Shown here: positions 63,096 to 64,000 of the stretch, in pieces
How positions within the stretch are numbered: position 1 is the stretch's first letter
Layout: every line of letters begins with the position of its first letter
From: Neovahlkampfia damariscottae
Taxonomy: Eukaryota
Length of the DNA: 64,000 bases
Reading direction: 5' to 3'
NCBI GenBank assembly: GCA_016618085.1
Contig: JABLTG010000112.1
Coordinates: 1 to 64,000, forward strand
Notes under the pieces: model-generated
What the model saw: the letters and a program-made list of their open reading frames with translations, nothing else
Told to the model about the DNA's origin: nothing
Databases searched by the model: none
Program-made: the position numbers and the translations under genes

Positions 63096-63629
63096 TTATT
63101 TTTTCAATTCGTCCAATTTCCATGAAGTCTTTTTAATAGTATTTTTATCATAAAAGTCACTTTCAAATTTATTTGTGCCATCACTTAAAATTAAATATAC
63201 AAAGTCATCCATAATCTTTACTTGATGAGTTCGTTGTTTGACTCCTTTAGATTTAATTTCTCTTTTTAAATTTTGATAAAGTCCTTCTCCTGTTGCCAAG
63301 TCAATCACATAATGATGCCATGGACATTTAATACAATGACGTTCGTCCCAATCCTGAATTATTAAAACACTATTGTGAAGAAATACCTCAATATCACCTT
63401 GATTCAAAGGACCTCCAGCCTTTATAAATTTAATTATGTTTTATCCTCACATGATAACATTTATTGTCCAATGCCTTGAAAAAAGTTTTTTAATTTATCT
63501 TTCTAAATTCATTACATAAAATTCACCTGTTTCGAGTCGAAAAATAACAACTTGCTTATTTTCAAGCTCAATTATTTTTTTCTTTCCTGGAAAGAATTCT
63601 TCAAGTTCACATACTTTTATCGGATTCAT
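63096..63629 (-). CDS. Soluble Rieske [2Fe-2S] domain protein (RFESD-like), 4 exons
   Basis: Spliced ALDNKCYHAGGPLNQGDIED...CIKCPWHHY. Confidence 0.85.
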
Positions 63630-63662
63630 GTTCGTTTGGGAAATGCACCAATAAAAAAAAGT

Positions 63663-64000
63663 TTATTTTGCAACACAAATCAATTGAGCTTTTGGTACAA
63701 GACCTGCATCCTTCAATGTTGTACTTTGATCACCTTCTTTATAAATTCTTTTGAAAAATTAAAAAAAAAATAAATCAAACTTTTTTGGGAAATTTGTCAT
63801 CAAATAAAATGAAGAATTTTTTGTTAGGAATTCAACATGTGAAGCAATTGTTGAAATTTTATCTGTTGGTTGAAATTTAGCTGTAATTGTTGATCCATCC
63901 AATAATCTAATTTGAATAACTGCTTCTGTATATTCTTTTTTTGTTTCAATTTTTGTAGTTGTTGTTGTTGTTGTGGATGGATTTGATGAAGATTGAACAA
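63663..64000 (-). CDS. UBX-domain protein, C-terminal part (extends beyond window)
   Basis: IQIRLLDGSTITAKF...LMTNFPKK/IY...TLKDAGLVPKAQLI. Confidence 0.85.

Noticed and set aside
7404..63629. Fe-S/heme gene cluster (NUBPL, Dre2, b5 fusion, Rieske)
   Set aside because: The genes are spread over 56 kb among unrelated housekeeping genes; no evidence of clustering.
3135..63629. Alternative genetic code or programmed frameshifts to explain fragmented ORFs
   Set aside because: The breaks I checked in host genes are resolved by canonical GT-AG micro-introns; only the LINE has true disabling lesions.

Overview
Very AT-rich, extremely gene-dense eukaryotic DNA using the standard genetic code. The style suggests a free-living protist, possibly heterolobosean-like; this is inference only. 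About 30 protein-coding genes can be assembled across tiny GT-AG introns of mostly 27-41 nt. They include CMTR1, an iGluR lacking the amino-terminal domain (ATD), NUBPL/Ind1, a CHD remodeler, MED16, a TALE homeobox protein, an OGFr-like protein, MTMR14, Dre2, sedlin, Hv1, CPLANE1-like, TauD-like, KANSL1-like, CLASP, UTP20, a Rim2-like carrier, exportin-7, and Rieske and UBX proteins. Three mobile elements are visible: a Mutator-like element with long terminal inverted repeats (TIRs) at 424-1950 carrying decayed cargo, a foldback MITE nested inside it, and a degenerate APE-RT LINE at 29525-33426 with poly-A tail and target-site duplication (TSD). The most notable observations are a spliced cytochrome b5-RGS-ankyrin fusion gene not apparent from the ORF track, near-pure poly-A introns with no polypyrimidine tract, a CCAAT box next to almost every start codon, a probably catalytically dead inositol 5-phosphatase, and a candidate box C/D snoRNA. 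All family assignments come from motif recognition by eye; no database searches were run.
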